DNA from: an uncultured Thermococci archaeon
GTDB taxonomy: Archaea; Methanobacteriota_B; Thermococci; Methanofastidiosales; B48-G16
NCBI GenBank assembly: GCA_964595645.1
Contig: CAZQQT010000008.1
Span: 58,854-122,853, forward strand
Length of the DNA: 64,000 bases
Direction: 5' to 3'
Position 1 is the stretch's first letter. Every line of letters begins with the position of its first letter. The position numbers and the translations under genes are program-made. The notes under the pieces were generated by a model. That model made no database searches and had not been told where the DNA came from. It was given only the letters and a program-made list of their open reading frames with translations. Below, piece after piece: positions 1 through 9,741 of this stretch.

Positions 1-1
1 T

Positions 2-343
2 CCTCCCGAATGGTCAAAGTTTGTGAAGACGTCATGTTCCAAGGAGAGAAGGCCCGATCAAGAAGATTGGTGGTATATACGGGCGGCATCTATCCTCAGA
101 AAAGTGTATATGGATGGACCATTGGGGGTGTCACGACTTAGAACTATCTACGGAAGTAAAAAGAATAGGGGCCACCAACCGGAGAAGTTCAAAAGAGCCA
201 GCGGCTCTGTGATCAGGACGATACTCCAGCAACTGGAGGCTGCTGGACTTGTGGAGAATAAGACAGGGAGAGTAATTACATCAAAAGGACAGTCCTTGCT
301 CAATAGTCTTTCACGAGAAGTTGAGAAAGAACTTGAGGGATAA
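2..343 (+). CDS. rps19e: 30S ribosomal protein S19e (5'-truncated by window edge)
   Basis: Frame open from position 2 ([10 protein letters not shown]...); [14 protein letters not shown] and [12 protein letters not shown] motifs. Confidence 0.97.
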   Translation, partial: PPEWSKFVKTSCSKERRPDQEDWWYIRAASILRKVYMDGPLGVSRLRTIYGSKKNRGHQPEKFKRASGSVIRTILQQLEAAGLVENKTGRVITSKGQSLLNSLSREVEKELEG

Positions 344-346
344 TGA

Positions 347-682
347 ATGGAGGATGAGATTGACGAGATCAAACGAAAGAAGATGGAGAGATTGAGAAAA
401 GCTCAAGAAGAACAACAGGAAGAAGCGCAGCAGGAAGAGGAAGAGAGAAAAAGGGAAATGCAGAAGCAGCTTATATTGCGACAAATACTCACGAACGAAG
501 CAAGAAACAGGCTCGCCAGAGTGAAAATGGCAAAACCTGAGTTTGGAGAACAAGTAGAGTCGCAGTTAATTCGCCTGGCACAGGCGGGCAAACTTCAGAA
601 GAAGCTCACAGACAATGATCTTAAAAATCTCTTAAGGTCATTACAACAAAGAAAACCGGATTATACCATCAAGAGAAAGTGA
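347..682 (+). CDS. PDCD5-like DNA-binding protein
   Basis: ILRQILTNEARNRLARVKMAKP...VESQLIRLAQAG motif; conserved position after rps19e. Confidence 0.93.
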   Translation: MEDEIDEIKRKKMERLRKAQEEQQEEAQQEEEERKREMQKQLILRQILTNEARNRLARVKMAKPEFGEQVESQLIRLAQAGKLQKKLTDNDLKNLLRSLQQRKPDYTIKRK

Positions 683-685
683 CTT

Positions 686-1282
686 ATGGATGCACACCTG
701 TTGTTCACCGGAGGAAAGGATAGTTCTTTATCTGCATTTATACTTACACGATTAGGATATACTGTAAAAACGCTCACAGCTACATTTGGATATAGTGAGA
801 ACTGGAAACTGGCGAGAAAAACCGCAGAGGTACTCGGCTACCCACATCGTGCGGTAACACTGGACAATGGGATCCTCGAAGAGGGCGCCAGAATTATCCT
901 CAGGGATGAGTACCCACTGAATGGGATTAAATACATCCACAAAAAAGTCGTTCAGCAGCTTGCTAGGAAATACGACGTGCTTTGTGATGGATCCCGTCGG
1001 GATGATAGAACACCACGACTCGATCTCAGTGAGGTGAGGAGTATAGAGGACAAATACGGAGTGGAGTATATTGCTCCTCTCTGCGGTATCGGGTACAAAA
1101 CGCTCCGACGGCTGGTAGATAAGTTATTTATAGTGGAAACATATGACAGTAGTGAAGGGAAGACAGCCGATTATGAAACAGAAATACGTGCCTTTTTAGG
1201 TGAGAAGGCAGAAGGTATATTTCCCGATCATACACATACGAGAGTTATTGGATTAAAAGGTGATAAGGATGGCAAGAAATAA
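686..1282 (+). CDS. PP-loop (adenine nucleotide alpha hydrolase-like) protein, COG2117-like
   Basis: [12 protein letters not shown]-loop, DGSRRDD; usual neighbour in this archaeal operon. Confidence 0.85.
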   Translation: MDAHLLFTGGKDSSLSAFILTRLGYTVKTLTATFGYSENWKLARKTAEVLGYPHRAVTLDNGILEEGARIILRDEYPLNGIKYIHKKVVQQLARKYDVLCDGSRRDDRTPRLDLSEVRSIEDKYGVEYIAPLCGIGYKTLRRLVDKLFIVETYDSSEGKTADYETEIRAFLGEKAEGIFPDHTHTRVIGLKGDKDGKK

Positions 1283-1424
1283 ACCACTTGGTAAGAAATT
1301 AAGATTAGGTAAAGCGTCAAAACAAAATAGAAGAGTTCCCGTATGGGTTTGGGCAAAAACACAGATGAATGTGAGAGATCATCCGAAAAGAAGACATTGG
1401 CGAAGGAGTAAACTGAAGAGGTGA
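1269..1424 (+). CDS. rpl39e: 50S ribosomal protein L39e (51 aa, absent from the ORF track)
   Basis: Manual translation [51 protein letters not shown]. Confidence 0.97.
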   Translation: MARNKPLGKKLRLGKASKQNRRVPVWVWAKTQMNVRDHPKRRHWRRSKLKR

Positions 1425-1428
1425 TCCT

Positions 1429-1683
1429 ATGGAATCTGGTGAAGAGCGAGTATACACTGTACCCTTTCGAAAGGTAAAAAAGGCATCAAGGAAGAAAAGA
1501 AGTGCGAAAGCTGTAAAAATACTCAAGGATTTTATCCAACGACACACAAAGACAGAGGATATACGGATAGATTCCACGTTAAATGAAAAGATATGGGAAA
1601 AAGGAATAGAGAACCCACCATCAAAGCTGAGAATCAGAGTGAAAAAGGAGGAAGATGTTGCAACGGTATACCTCGCTGAATAA
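1429..1683 (+). CDS. rpl31e: 50S ribosomal protein L31e
   Basis: ERVYTVPF...LNEKIWEKGIENPPSKLRIRV. Confidence 0.96.
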   Translation: MESGEERVYTVPFRKVKKASRKKRSAKAVKILKDFIQRHTKTEDIRIDSTLNEKIWEKGIENPPSKLRIRVKKEEDVATVYLAE

Positions 1684-1684
1684 T

Positions 1685-2326
1685 ATGATAGAAAAACTTG
1701 AAATTGGAAGGAATCCTTTTATAGGGGCCTTTGGCATTGCAAATGAAGAAATAGCATTTCTTTCTGTGGATTTTACAGAGAAAAAAGCAAAGATTGTGGA
1801 AAAGATATTGTCCACGGAAGTGCAGCTTACAACAGTATCGAGAACAAACCTTGTTGGAATTCTTGGTGCCGGCAACACCCACGGTCTTGTACTTCCCTAT
1901 ACTGTGGAAGATCATGAGATAGATCCCCTAAAAGAGGCAGATGTAAATGTAGAGATACTTTCAACAAAGCATACCGCTCTTGGGAATCTGATAGCGTGCA
2001 ACGATAACGGTGCTGTTATAAGTACGAAACTGAAAGAAGAGGCGAAGACAATAGAAGACGCATTGGATGTTGAAGTGTTTATTCAGGGATCTCATAATTA
2101 CGGGAGCATGATACTCTGCACAAACCATGGATCACTTGTCCATCCGGCACTCACGGAGGAGACCGATGAGTTTGAGGCAGCGTTTGACGTGGAGGTAGAT
2201 GTAGGGAGTGCAAACAGAGGGGTCTACTATCTAGGCATCTCCGTCCTTGCAAATACCCAAGGAGCGGTGGTAGGAAATTTAACGACAGGTCCCGAGATGA
2301 ATAAAATAGAGGACATCATGTTTTAG
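1685..2326 (+). CDS. eif6: Translation initiation factor aIF6
   Basis: NPFIG, GNLIACNDNGAVI, ANTQGAVVGNLTTGPEM; ATG 1685 preferred over track start 1655. Confidence 0.95.
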   Translation: MIEKLEIGRNPFIGAFGIANEEIAFLSVDFTEKKAKIVEKILSTEVQLTTVSRTNLVGILGAGNTHGLVLPYTVEDHEIDPLKEADVNVEILSTKHTALGNLIACNDNGAVISTKLKEEAKTIEDALDVEVFIQGSHNYGSMILCTNHGSLVHPALTEETDEFEAAFDVEVDVGSANRGVYYLGISVLANTQGAVVGNLTTGPEMNKIEDIMF

Positions 2327-2338
2327 GAGGGAGAATAA

Positions 2339-2521
2339 ATGAAAGAGTTTAAAATCAGTGGAAAATTCAAAATGGGAGAGAAAATGCAGGATTTTACTAA
2401 AGTAGTAAAAGGCCAGAATGAAAAAAGAGTGAGAGAGAAGATCTATTGCGATATAGGAAGCAGGCACAGGGTGAAACGATCTAATATAACAATTCTCAAT
2501 GTGGAGAAGGTGGAAGAATGA
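2339..2521 (+). CDS. rpl18ae: 50S ribosomal protein LX (L18Ae family)
   Basis: EKIYCDIGSRHRVKRSNITI motif; GGAGG RBS; operon position. Confidence 0.92.
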   Translation: MKEFKISGKFKMGEKMQDFTKVVKGQNEKRVREKIYCDIGSRHRVKRSNITILNVEKVEE

Positions 2522-2910
2522 GTGATAGAGAGGAAAAACTCACGAAGTTTTCGTATCTGCGGGAACAGCGCGAAGCACTTATAAGACATATCACACTTCT
2601 GGAAGAGAAATTGGAAGAGACAAATGTCGCGAAAAAAACGCTAGAAGCACTGGACAACGCAGGAGAAGGAGAGGTACTGATGCCGATTGGTGGGGGATGT
2701 TACGTGGAGGCTGAACTAAAAAAATTGGACAAAGTAATAATCAATATTGGTGATGGTGTGTCTAAAGAGGCGTCTGTAGAAGAATCACTCTCTAAACTAG
2801 ACGAAAACTCTGAAAACATCAATAAATCACTTTCAAACATGAAAGAAAACCTCTCGAATGTAGAACGGGAGCTTCGAAGTATACAGCGAGAGTTCCAGGA
2901 GCAAACGTAG
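2518..2910 (+). CDS. pfdA: Prefoldin subunit alpha
   Basis: Coiled coils flanking EVLMPIGGGCYV / KVIINIGDGV hairpins. Confidence 0.93.
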   Translation: MSDREEKLTKFSYLREQREALIRHITLLEEKLEETNVAKKTLEALDNAGEGEVLMPIGGGCYVEAELKKLDKVIINIGDGVSKEASVEESLSKLDENSENINKSLSNMKENLSNVERELRSIQREFQEQT

Positions 2911-2911
2911 A

Positions 2912-3796
2912 ATGTTTAACTCCCTAAAAAACAAACTGGACACGTTTCTCCAGGATGTAAGCCAAAAGACAGTTTCTGAAAAGGATATAGATTCAATTCT
3001 TTCTGAGTTAAAGCTCATTTTACTTCAGAGTGATGTATCTCTTAGGGTAGCCGATGAAATAAAAGAAATAATCAAAGAGGATCTCTCAGGAGAGAAAATA
3101 GGGATATTGGACAACAAAGAAGCCTATGTGGAGAAGGCGCTGAAAGATGCGATACGAAAGATACTTAGATCGAAAGGCGTCGACCTGATCGAAGAAATAG
3201 AAAGAAAGAGTCCTTATGTAATGCTCTTTATAGGCTTTAACGGTACAGGTAAAACGACGACTATCGCAAAACTTGGACATTTACTGAAGAAAAAGGGATT
3301 CTCAGTCTTGTTTTCTGCATCAGATACGTTTAGAGCCGGCTCAATAGAGCAACTGGAAAAACACGCTGAAAATGTGGGCATCAAAAGTATAAAGCATAAA
3401 TATGGAGGAGATCCTGCAGCCGTCGCCTTCGATGCAGTGAAGCATGCGGAAGCACGAAATATTGATGTGGTGATGATAGATACAGCGGGGCGCACTGAAA
3501 CGAATAAGAATCTCATTGAACAGGTAAAGAAGATAAAGAGAGTGGCCGATCCCGATCTTACCGTCTTTGTAGGGGATGCGTTAGCAGGAAATTCACTTGT
3601 CGATCAGGCAGAAAAGTTTGGAGAGGTGAGTATTGACTGTTCGATCCTGACGAAAATGGATTCTGATGCCAAAGGAGGAGGAGCACTCTCAATCACATTT
3701 GCCACTAAGAAACCGATACTCTACGTCGGGGTAGGCCAGGGGTACGAGGATCTTGAGGAGTTCGATCCTGAGTGGTTCATAAATAATCTTTTTTAA
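2912..3796 (+). CDS. ftsY: SRP receptor FtsY
   Basis: GFNGTGKTTTIAKL, DTFRAG, DTAGR, TKMDSDAKGG. Confidence 0.97.
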   Translation: MFNSLKNKLDTFLQDVSQKTVSEKDIDSILSELKLILLQSDVSLRVADEIKEIIKEDLSGEKIGILDNKEAYVEKALKDAIRKILRSKGVDLIEEIERKSPYVMLFIGFNGTGKTTTIAKLGHLLKKKGFSVLFSASDTFRAGSIEQLEKHAENVGIKSIKHKYGGDPAAVAFDAVKHAEARNIDVVMIDTAGRTETNKNLIEQVKKIKRVADPDLTVFVGDALAGNSLVDQAEKFGEVSIDCSILTKMDSDAKGGGALSITFATKKPILYVGVGQGYEDLEEFDPEWFINNLF

Positions 3797-3854
3797 ACTT
3801 TATAGTTAATAATATCTTTATTTTTCTTTGAGATAATTAGAAAAACTTAAATAT

Positions 3855-4334
3855 ATGAGTTGTGCAAAGTATATCATGTACATGCCGAAGGGCTGGCCCA
3901 AGAAAGATCTTGAAGAAAAGGATTTTCAACTATCTCTTACAGAGCTGAAGAAGAGAAAATTGGGCATCGACGCGAGCTTTTCTGGATATATTCGAGTCTT
4001 CGGTGTGAACTCTACGGAGCATCATGATGACTACTACTTTCTCATCGAACACGGAGCAATTATTGCAGCAGAAAAGGTAGAAATAGAACGAAAGATACGA
4101 ACGATTGGTGGTGATGTGATTGAAGAAATGGACCATCGTTATAACCAATGTGAGATAACGGTGATAAAGTTTGACCTTTCGCAGTTGGAAATCTCAAAGG
4201 AGATGAATGAGGAATGCGCACTGAGTACTAAGCTGCCATTCAGAAGTGATATAGATAGGGAACAGTTGCTCAAAAGAATAAACACAGGACGTATCGATGC
4301 AGACAAAATTCTCCATAGACTGAAAAAGAGATAG
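3855..4334 (+). CDS. Conserved archaeal hypothetical protein (DUF2226-like); true start probably 3876 or 3882
   Basis: FSGYIRV...FLIEHGAIIAAE pattern; TATA-like TTAAATAT immediately before the track start. Confidence 0.55.
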   Translation: MSCAKYIMYMPKGWPKKDLEEKDFQLSLTELKKRKLGIDASFSGYIRVFGVNSTEHHDDYYFLIEHGAIIAAEKVEIERKIRTIGGDVIEEMDHRYNQCEITVIKFDLSQLEISKEMNEECALSTKLPFRSDIDREQLLKRINTGRIDADKILHRLKKR

Positions 4335-4339
4335 CTCTC

Positions 4340-5245
4340 TTATTGTTCCTCTCTAAACTCAGGGACGGCTTCTTTGAACGGATCGAAAGTTTCCCAATTC
4401 TCTACTACCGTGCAGATCATGGATACCTTTGAGTGGAGTGTGGTGGGAAGCCGTAGAATTCGTTTTGTATCGATTGTCACCTTGCCATCTGCCAGTTCTG
4501 CATTTATTTCTGCCACCTTTTTAATTAGTCGCTTCTTTGTCTTTTTTCCCACGAAATCCAGAAAATCTGCTCTTCTTTCTTGGATCCGACTGATTATTTC
4601 TTCTTTATTATCCAGCAGTTTTTTGCTTCTGACACTATTCATCCGTGAGAAGGTGAATACAAACATTCTCCGGAAGACCTCGGGGTATCCATGAAGCATG
4701 AGAGGATCAGCAGGTACCTTTGATGCCGTCACGTAATCGAACATTTTACTCCTGTCCTCGATCTGCAATGCTTCTTCATCTAGTACTCTCACGTGGTACC
4801 CCCTTCCAGAGTAAATGAGAAAGATATCCTTCAGAGAAAAACTTGTTTTCAGCGTGTCGATAATAGTAAGTGCCAGTCGTTTGGCGTCTTCGAGGCACTC
4901 CTCACATAGTTCCCCTTGGGCACAGTCGCACTGTCGTACCTTTAAATCTTTTGCATCGATATCAAAAACAAGTTCTGCCTTCATCCACTCTTTCCTTTTT
5001 TTCGGTTCCTGGTAGTACGAAATAGATGAATATGCTGCGTATGGTGCCTTTATTTTCATGAATTTTTCAAACTTTTTCATCGTATCAAAGGCTCTATATC
5101 TATCATTTGGTCCGTTTCCATCATGATCGAATCCAAACTCACGGTACTGTAACGAATCCAGAAGAAAATCTGGGACAGCGTCTATTGACCATTCTTTTTT
5201 GTAGAAGGTGTGTCTGTCCCTTAACGTGGCCTCCTTGAAATCCAT
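4340..5245 (-). CDS. priS: DNA primase catalytic (small) subunit
   Basis: REFGFD, ELVFDIDAKD, YSGRGYH, RILRLPTTLH; Cys zinc knuckle. Confidence 0.96.
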   Translation of the reverse strand: MDFKEATLRDRHTFYKKEWSIDAVPDFLLDSLQYREFGFDHDGNGPNDRYRAFDTMKKFEKFMKIKAPYAAYSSISYYQEPKKRKEWMKAELVFDIDAKDLKVRQCDCAQGELCEECLEDAKRLALTIIDTLKTSFSLKDIFLIYSGRGYHVRVLDEEALQIEDRSKMFDYVTASKVPADPLMLHGYPEVFRRMFVFTFSRMNSVRSKKLLDNKEEIISRIQERRADFLDFVGKKTKKRLIKKVAEINAELADGKVTIDTKRILRLPTTLHSKVSMICTVVENWETFDPFKEAVPEFREEQ

Positions 5246-5288
5246 ATACCTTCTTTATCATGCACTGATAAAAACGTTATGAAGGATG

Positions 5289-5618
5289 TTATTCGATCTG
5301 CATCTGCTTTCCCATCCTAGTTGCGTGATAGATAATCCAGTTTCCTTCTCGTTTCCCTTCGATAAGGTCATTTTTCCTGAGTATTGAGAGGTGGTAGGAG
5401 AGCTTGGAATCGGAGATTTTTACTGCCTCTTTGATAAGACACACACAAAGCGGCTGGAGAATAAGTAGATTTAGTATTTTTAATCTCAGTGGATCTGAGA
5501 GGGCGTAGTGGACTGTGCCTTCCTTTTCAATTTCTTCTTCATTCGGTAATAACTTGAGCATTCCTTCTATTCCGCCTTTTTTCTCTACTTCTTGTTGAAT
5601 CGGTTCTGGGATCTCCAC
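5289..5618 (-). CDS. arsR: ArsR/SmtB family repressor with As(III)-type CVC site
   Basis: ALSDPLRLKIL, LCVCLI, SKLSYHLSIL; divergent from the ars genes. Confidence 0.9.
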   Translation of the reverse strand: MEIPEPIQQEVEKKGGIEGMLKLLPNEEEIEKEGTVHYALSDPLRLKILNLLILQPLCVCLIKEAVKISDSKLSYHLSILRKNDLIEGKREGNWIIYHATRMGKQMQIE

Positions 5619-5628
5619 ATTCTCACCT

Positions 5629-5698
5629 GTTTCAAATTATTTTGAAACCAAAACCTTTATAAAGGTACCGCTCAAAACATTTCAAAAAGTTTTGAAAC
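5629..5698. promoter_or_regulatory. Divergent promoter: two putative ArsR operators flanking a palindromic TATA element
   Basis: GTTTCAAA-TTAT-TTTGAAAC (5629-5648), ACCTTTATAAAGGT (5653-5666), TTTCAAAA-AG-TTTTGAAA (5680-5697). Confidence 0.8.
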
Positions 5699-5710
5699 AG
5701 ATGATCGTGT

Positions 5711-6775
5711 ATGATGGATATTATCTATGAAGTACTAGACAGTGGAATTGGAAACGTTGTGGAGTACCTCTCACAGCACGTGCTCACATGTCTCATTCCT
5801 GCGTTCTTTATAGCAGGCGCTATTGCTGCTTTCGTGAAGAAAGATGCCATACTGAATTATTTTGGCCCCGATGTGAAAAAGCGAGTATCGTATCCCATTG
5901 CTTCTGTTTCAGGGGCGATTCTGGCTGTGTGTAGCTGCACAATTCTTCCACTGTTTGCAGGTATCTATAAGAAAGGGAGTGGTATCGGTCCTGCCACCGC
6001 ATTTCTCTACTCTGGTCCCGCTATTAATATTCTCGCTATTGCCTACACCGCTCAAGTACTTGGATACGATCTGGGGTTGGCCCGGGCTGTTTCTGCAGTT
6101 GTCATTGCTCTTGTGGTAGGATTTCTCATGTCTAAGCTATTTAGCCCCCATGACGCAGCACAGTCCAAGAGTGTATCCGCCGCAATTGCGAATGGGGGAG
6201 AAAGAAAGAGGCCATTGTGGGCAAGTTTCGGATTTTTTGGGTCATTAGTGGCGATTTTGATTATTGGAGCATCAAAACTTCCTTGGATCCCCAAACTTGT
6301 CGCAGTGTATTTTCTCACCATTGTAGTTGCAGTACTGCTTATCTATTTTTACAAAAGAGAGGATGTAACTGAGTGGGGATACGAAACATGGAGTCTTACT
6401 AAAAAGATATTTCCCATTCTTGTCGGGGGTACCTTTATTGTTGGTATTATTGCATATTTTCTACCCCCTGAGTCATTCCAACCATATCTTGGAAATAACT
6501 CACTTTCGGCCACTTTTTTGGGCTCAGTCATCGGCGGAATTCTCTACATGCCTACGCTTCTGGAGGTACCTATCATCGGGACTACCTTTGGTTATACCTT
6601 GGGGTTGATGGGCGCAGGCCCGGCTCTCAGTTTGCTTCTGGCAGGTCCCGCACTGAGTCTCCCCAACATGATTGTCATCTATAGGATTGTGGGCGTGAGG
6701 AAGGCTACGGCATACATTATCCTAGTGGTATTTTTTTCGACGCTGGCAGGGGTTGTATATGGAAATATTGCATAA
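5711..6775 (+). CDS. ArsP/DUF318 family permease
   Basis: HVLTCLIPAFFIAG, AVCSCTILPLF, FLYSGPAIN, LLLAGPALSLP. Confidence 0.88.
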   Translation: MMDIIYEVLDSGIGNVVEYLSQHVLTCLIPAFFIAGAIAAFVKKDAILNYFGPDVKKRVSYPIASVSGAILAVCSCTILPLFAGIYKKGSGIGPATAFLYSGPAINILAIAYTAQVLGYDLGLARAVSAVVIALVVGFLMSKLFSPHDAAQSKSVSAAIANGGERKRPLWASFGFFGSLVAILIIGASKLPWIPKLVAVYFLTIVVAVLLIYFYKREDVTEWGYETWSLTKKIFPILVGGTFIVGIIAYFLPPESFQPYLGNNSLSATFLGSVIGGILYMPTLLEVPIIGTTFGYTLGLMGAGPALSLLLAGPALSLPNMIVIYRIVGVRKATAYIILVVFFSTLAGVVYGNIA

Positions 6776-6787
6776 TGGGACGATATA

Positions 6788-7453
6788 ATGAAAGGTATAC
6801 CGAGAAGAAAGAAAGAAGAAGTAAAAAAGGATGAGAAGGAAAATAAAGACATAAAAATATACTATTTTTCACTGGCATTACTCCTACTTTTTGGTATCTA
6901 TATATTCCTTCCGGGTAGTACCATCTTGGAGACTGCCACCGATACACCCATAGTTCCAGAATCCACATCTCCAAGCAATACCCACGTCCCGGAATCCACA
7001 TCTCCAAGCAATACTCCCGTTCCAGAATCCACATCTCCAAGCAATACTCCCGTTCCAGAATCCACATCTCCAAGCAATACCCACGTCCCGGAAACCAGTG
7101 TCTCTCCTAAAGTAGAGAAGATGAAAATAGTTCTTCTCCACGGAAATCATCGGTGCACCTCCTGCATCAATATGGAAAAATGGATAGAAGAAACAATTGA
7201 GATGTACTTTCTTGAAGAGCAGAAAAAGGGAAAAATAGAGTTCCTCGTGTTGAACTACCAGGATCCAGAGAACAAAGAGGTCGTGAGCAGATACAATGAA
7301 CATCCATGGACCTCAATATATGCAGAAACGATTATTAATGGAGAATCCCACATCACAGAGATAGAGGATGCGTGGTACTATCAGACCGACAGAGAAAAGT
7401 TCATCGATTTCATGAAAGAGTACATACGGGAGGCGATAGGCGATGATCAATGA
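6788..7453 (+). CDS. Membrane-anchored ArsF-family thioredoxin-like protein with tandem-repeat linker
   Basis: N-terminal TM helix, 4x PESTSPSNT(H/P)V, then LHGNHRCTSC...YFLEEQKKGKIEF...AWYY. Confidence 0.75.
   Translation: MKGIPRRKKEEVKKDEKENKDIKIYYFSLALLLLFGIYIFLPGSTILETATDTPIVPESTSPSNTHVPESTSPSNTPVPESTSPSNTPVPESTSPSNTHVPETSVSPKVEKMKIVLLHGNHRCTSCINMEKWIEETIEMYFLEEQKKGKIEFLVLNYQDPENKEVVSRYNEHPWTSIYAETIINGESHITEIEDAWYYQTDREKFIDFMKEYIREAIGDDQ
6956..7087 (+). repeat. Coding minisatellite, 4 x 33 bp (A-B-B-A order)
   Basis: CC(A/G)GAATCCACATCTCCAAGCAATAC + CCACGTC or TCCCGTT repeated four times. Confidence 0.95.
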
Positions 7454-8426
7454 ACTTCTCATCATGTTAAAGGAGTATTCTATACTGCTTTCTGTGTTGT
7501 TGGGGTTGGCAGCATCATTAAGTCCGTGTACCTTCGCGACAAATGTAGCTGCCATCTCGTATATAATAGCAAACAACCCTAAAAAGAGTATATTCATTGG
7601 AACAGTATTCTCTCTTGGTAGAATCGTGATGTACTCTTTCTTGGGCATACTTCTCGTCTATTTTGGGAAGGAAATTGGACAATCACAGTATTTTAACAGT
7701 ATTTTAGGTATTCTTTTAGTGGCGATAGGATATATGTTTTTAGACATCTTCACCGTGAACGTGGATTTTAGTTCTAAGATATCACAGGTAGGATCCAAGT
7801 ACAAGGACTATGGCGTAATTGGAGCCTTCATTCTGGGGATTTTATTTGCTCTTGCCTTCTGTCCGTACTCGGGTGCCCTATTCTTTGGGATTTTGATACC
7901 TATGAGCATCCAGGCTTCCCTGGGACTGACATACCCGGCGTTGTTTGGCATCGGCGTGAGTATACCAATACTAGCCGTGTCTTCCATTATTTATTTCGGG
8001 GCGTCTGCTAAAATGAGCGTTTTCACAGAAAAATGGACATATCTCTCAAAAATAATGGGTACAGTCCTCATAATTGTTGGAATATACTATATAAAGATAT
8101 ATATGGGCTATAAAATAGGGTTGTTGGCATTACTCCTATCTATTGGTGTTCTCAGTTACAAAATTTTACAAACAAAGGTCCATAGAGAACAGAAGATTGA
8201 GAGATCTGAAGATACGAAAGACACGCAATCTCAGGAAATCTTTAGAGAGCTATCTTATCTTACTACACTCGATGAAGAGACCGTGAGCGAGAATTTTGAG
8301 GAGTTATTAGGTAGATATATAGAGCTCGAAGAGAGAATTTCCGCTATTCAGAATCCCGACATTAAAAAGAAAGCCGAAAGGCAGCTTAAAGAAGTGATTA
8401 ATATGCTGTATAAGTATGCGAGGTGA
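7443..8426 (+). CDS. ArsG-family / CcdA(DsbD-beta)-like membrane protein with C-terminal extension
   Basis: SLSPCTFATN and ALAFCPYSGALFFG membrane cysteine motifs; multiple TM helices. Confidence 0.8.
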   Translation: MINELLIMLKEYSILLSVLLGLAASLSPCTFATNVAAISYIIANNPKKSIFIGTVFSLGRIVMYSFLGILLVYFGKEIGQSQYFNSILGILLVAIGYMFLDIFTVNVDFSSKISQVGSKYKDYGVIGAFILGILFALAFCPYSGALFFGILIPMSIQASLGLTYPALFGIGVSIPILAVSSIIYFGASAKMSVFTEKWTYLSKIMGTVLIIVGIYYIKIYMGYKIGLLALLLSIGVLSYKILQTKVHREQKIERSEDTKDTQSQEIFRELSYLTTLDEETVSENFEELLGRYIELEERISAIQNPDIKKKAERQLKEVINMLYKYAR

Positions 8427-8431
8427 TCAAT

Positions 8432-8677
8432 ATGAAAAAGATAGAAATTTTAGGAACAGGATGCCCAAAATGTAAAAAAACATTTGAAAACGTAAAAAAA
8501 GCTGTAGAAGAAGTAGGAACAGACGCAGAAATAGTGAAGATTGAAGATATCAACGAAATCACTGAACGAGGTGTCTTCATGACACCCGCTGTAGTAATAG
8601 AAGGAGATACGATAAAAGAGGGCGGCATTGCGAGAAAAGAAGAGATTAAAACAGCACTCCAAAAACTGAAGGAATAA
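8432..8677 (+). CDS. Small thioredoxin-family protein (MTH895/ArsE type)
   Basis: IEILGTGCPKC, GVFMTPAVVIEG. Confidence 0.9.
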   Translation: MKKIEILGTGCPKCKKTFENVKKAVEEVGTDAEIVKIEDINEITERGVFMTPAVVIEGDTIKEGGIARKEEIKTALQKLKE

Positions 8678-8685
8678 GGGATTGT

Positions 8686-9741
8686 ATGGCTGATAAGGGA
8701 ATTGGGTTATTCGAGAAGTACCTTACAGTATGGGTACTTCTATGCATGGGGGTGGGAACTGTGATAGGATGGAAGTTTCCTGTGGTGCAGGATGTTTTAA
8801 GTAAAGTGGAGTACGCCCATATTTCCATCCCCATCGCTGTGCTCATATGGGTCATGATCTACCCCATGATGTTGCAGATAGACTTCTCACGGATAACGGA
8901 TATCGGGCGGAATCCCCAGGGATTGATCATCACGTGGATTGTGAACTGGGGAGTCAAACCATTCACCATGTACCTATTCGCGTATTTTTTCCTCGAGATC
9001 GTGTTCTCTGAGTTTATCGGTCCACTAAGTCAGGAGTACATTGCAGGAGCCATTCTCCTAGGCGCAGCCCCCTGTACCGCCATGGTATTTGTCTGGAGCT
9101 ACTTGGCAAGGGGTGACCCGACATACACGTTAATGCAGGTGGCAACAAATGATCTCATTATTCTTGTGTTGTTCACCCCTATTGTGGCCTTTTTGATGGG
9201 TGTTGGTGACATTGCTGTGCCGTACGACACGCTCTTCCTCTCTGTGGTTCTTTTCGTCGCTGTTCCCCTTGCATTCGGTTACTGGTCACGAAACTATATG
9301 ATACGAAAGAAGGGGTCCGAATGGTTTGAGAACACACTTCTTGCACGATTGAAAGATATTACGATGGGAGGACTTCTTCTTACGCTCGTGATACTGTTTA
9401 TCTACCAAGGAGACAAGATTGTGAACAATCCACTACATATTGCATTAATTGCCGTACCACTCTCCATTCAGACATTTACCATCTACGGCGTAGGATACTC
9501 GATGGCAAAGATTGCGAAGATACCGTATGTCATCGCTGCTCCAGGCGCGATGATCGGCGCCTCCAACTTCTTCGAACTTGCCGTTGCCGTAGCAGTGAGT
9601 CTCTTCGGCCTGCATTCCGGTGCTACTCTCGCTACAGTTGTCGGCGTACTTATCGAGGTTCCCATCATGCTCACACTGGTGAAAATATGTCTGAAGACAC
9701 AGGGGTGGTTTGAAGGATATTCTCTGGAGGGATATCAATGA
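8686..9741 (+). CDS. acr3: Acr3 family arsenite efflux transporter
   Basis: FEKYLTVWV, MIYPMM, LGAAPCTAMVFVWS, ASNFFELAVAVA, LIEVPIML. Confidence 0.96.
   Translation: MADKGIGLFEKYLTVWVLLCMGVGTVIGWKFPVVQDVLSKVEYAHISIPIAVLIWVMIYPMMLQIDFSRITDIGRNPQGLIITWIVNWGVKPFTMYLFAYFFLEIVFSEFIGPLSQEYIAGAILLGAAPCTAMVFVWSYLARGDPTYTLMQVATNDLIILVLFTPIVAFLMGVGDIAVPYDTLFLSVVLFVAVPLAFGYWSRNYMIRKKGSEWFENTLLARLKDITMGGLLLTLVILFIYQGDKIVNNPLHIALIAVPLSIQTFTIYGVGYSMAKIAKIPYVIAAPGAMIGASNFFELAVAVAVSLFGLHSGATLATVVGVLIEVPIMLTLVKICLKTQGWFEGYSLEGYQ

Noticed and set aside
5254-5272. TTTATCA-N5-TGATAAA inverted repeat upstream of priS as a Thermococcales glycolytic motif (TGM)
   Set aside because: Spacing and inner bases differ from TATCAC-N5-GTGATA, priS is not a glycolytic gene, and a short AT-rich repeat can arise by chance.
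6956-7087. CRISPR array
   Set aside because: The units are contiguous with no unique spacers, are in frame inside a CDS, and no cas genes are present.
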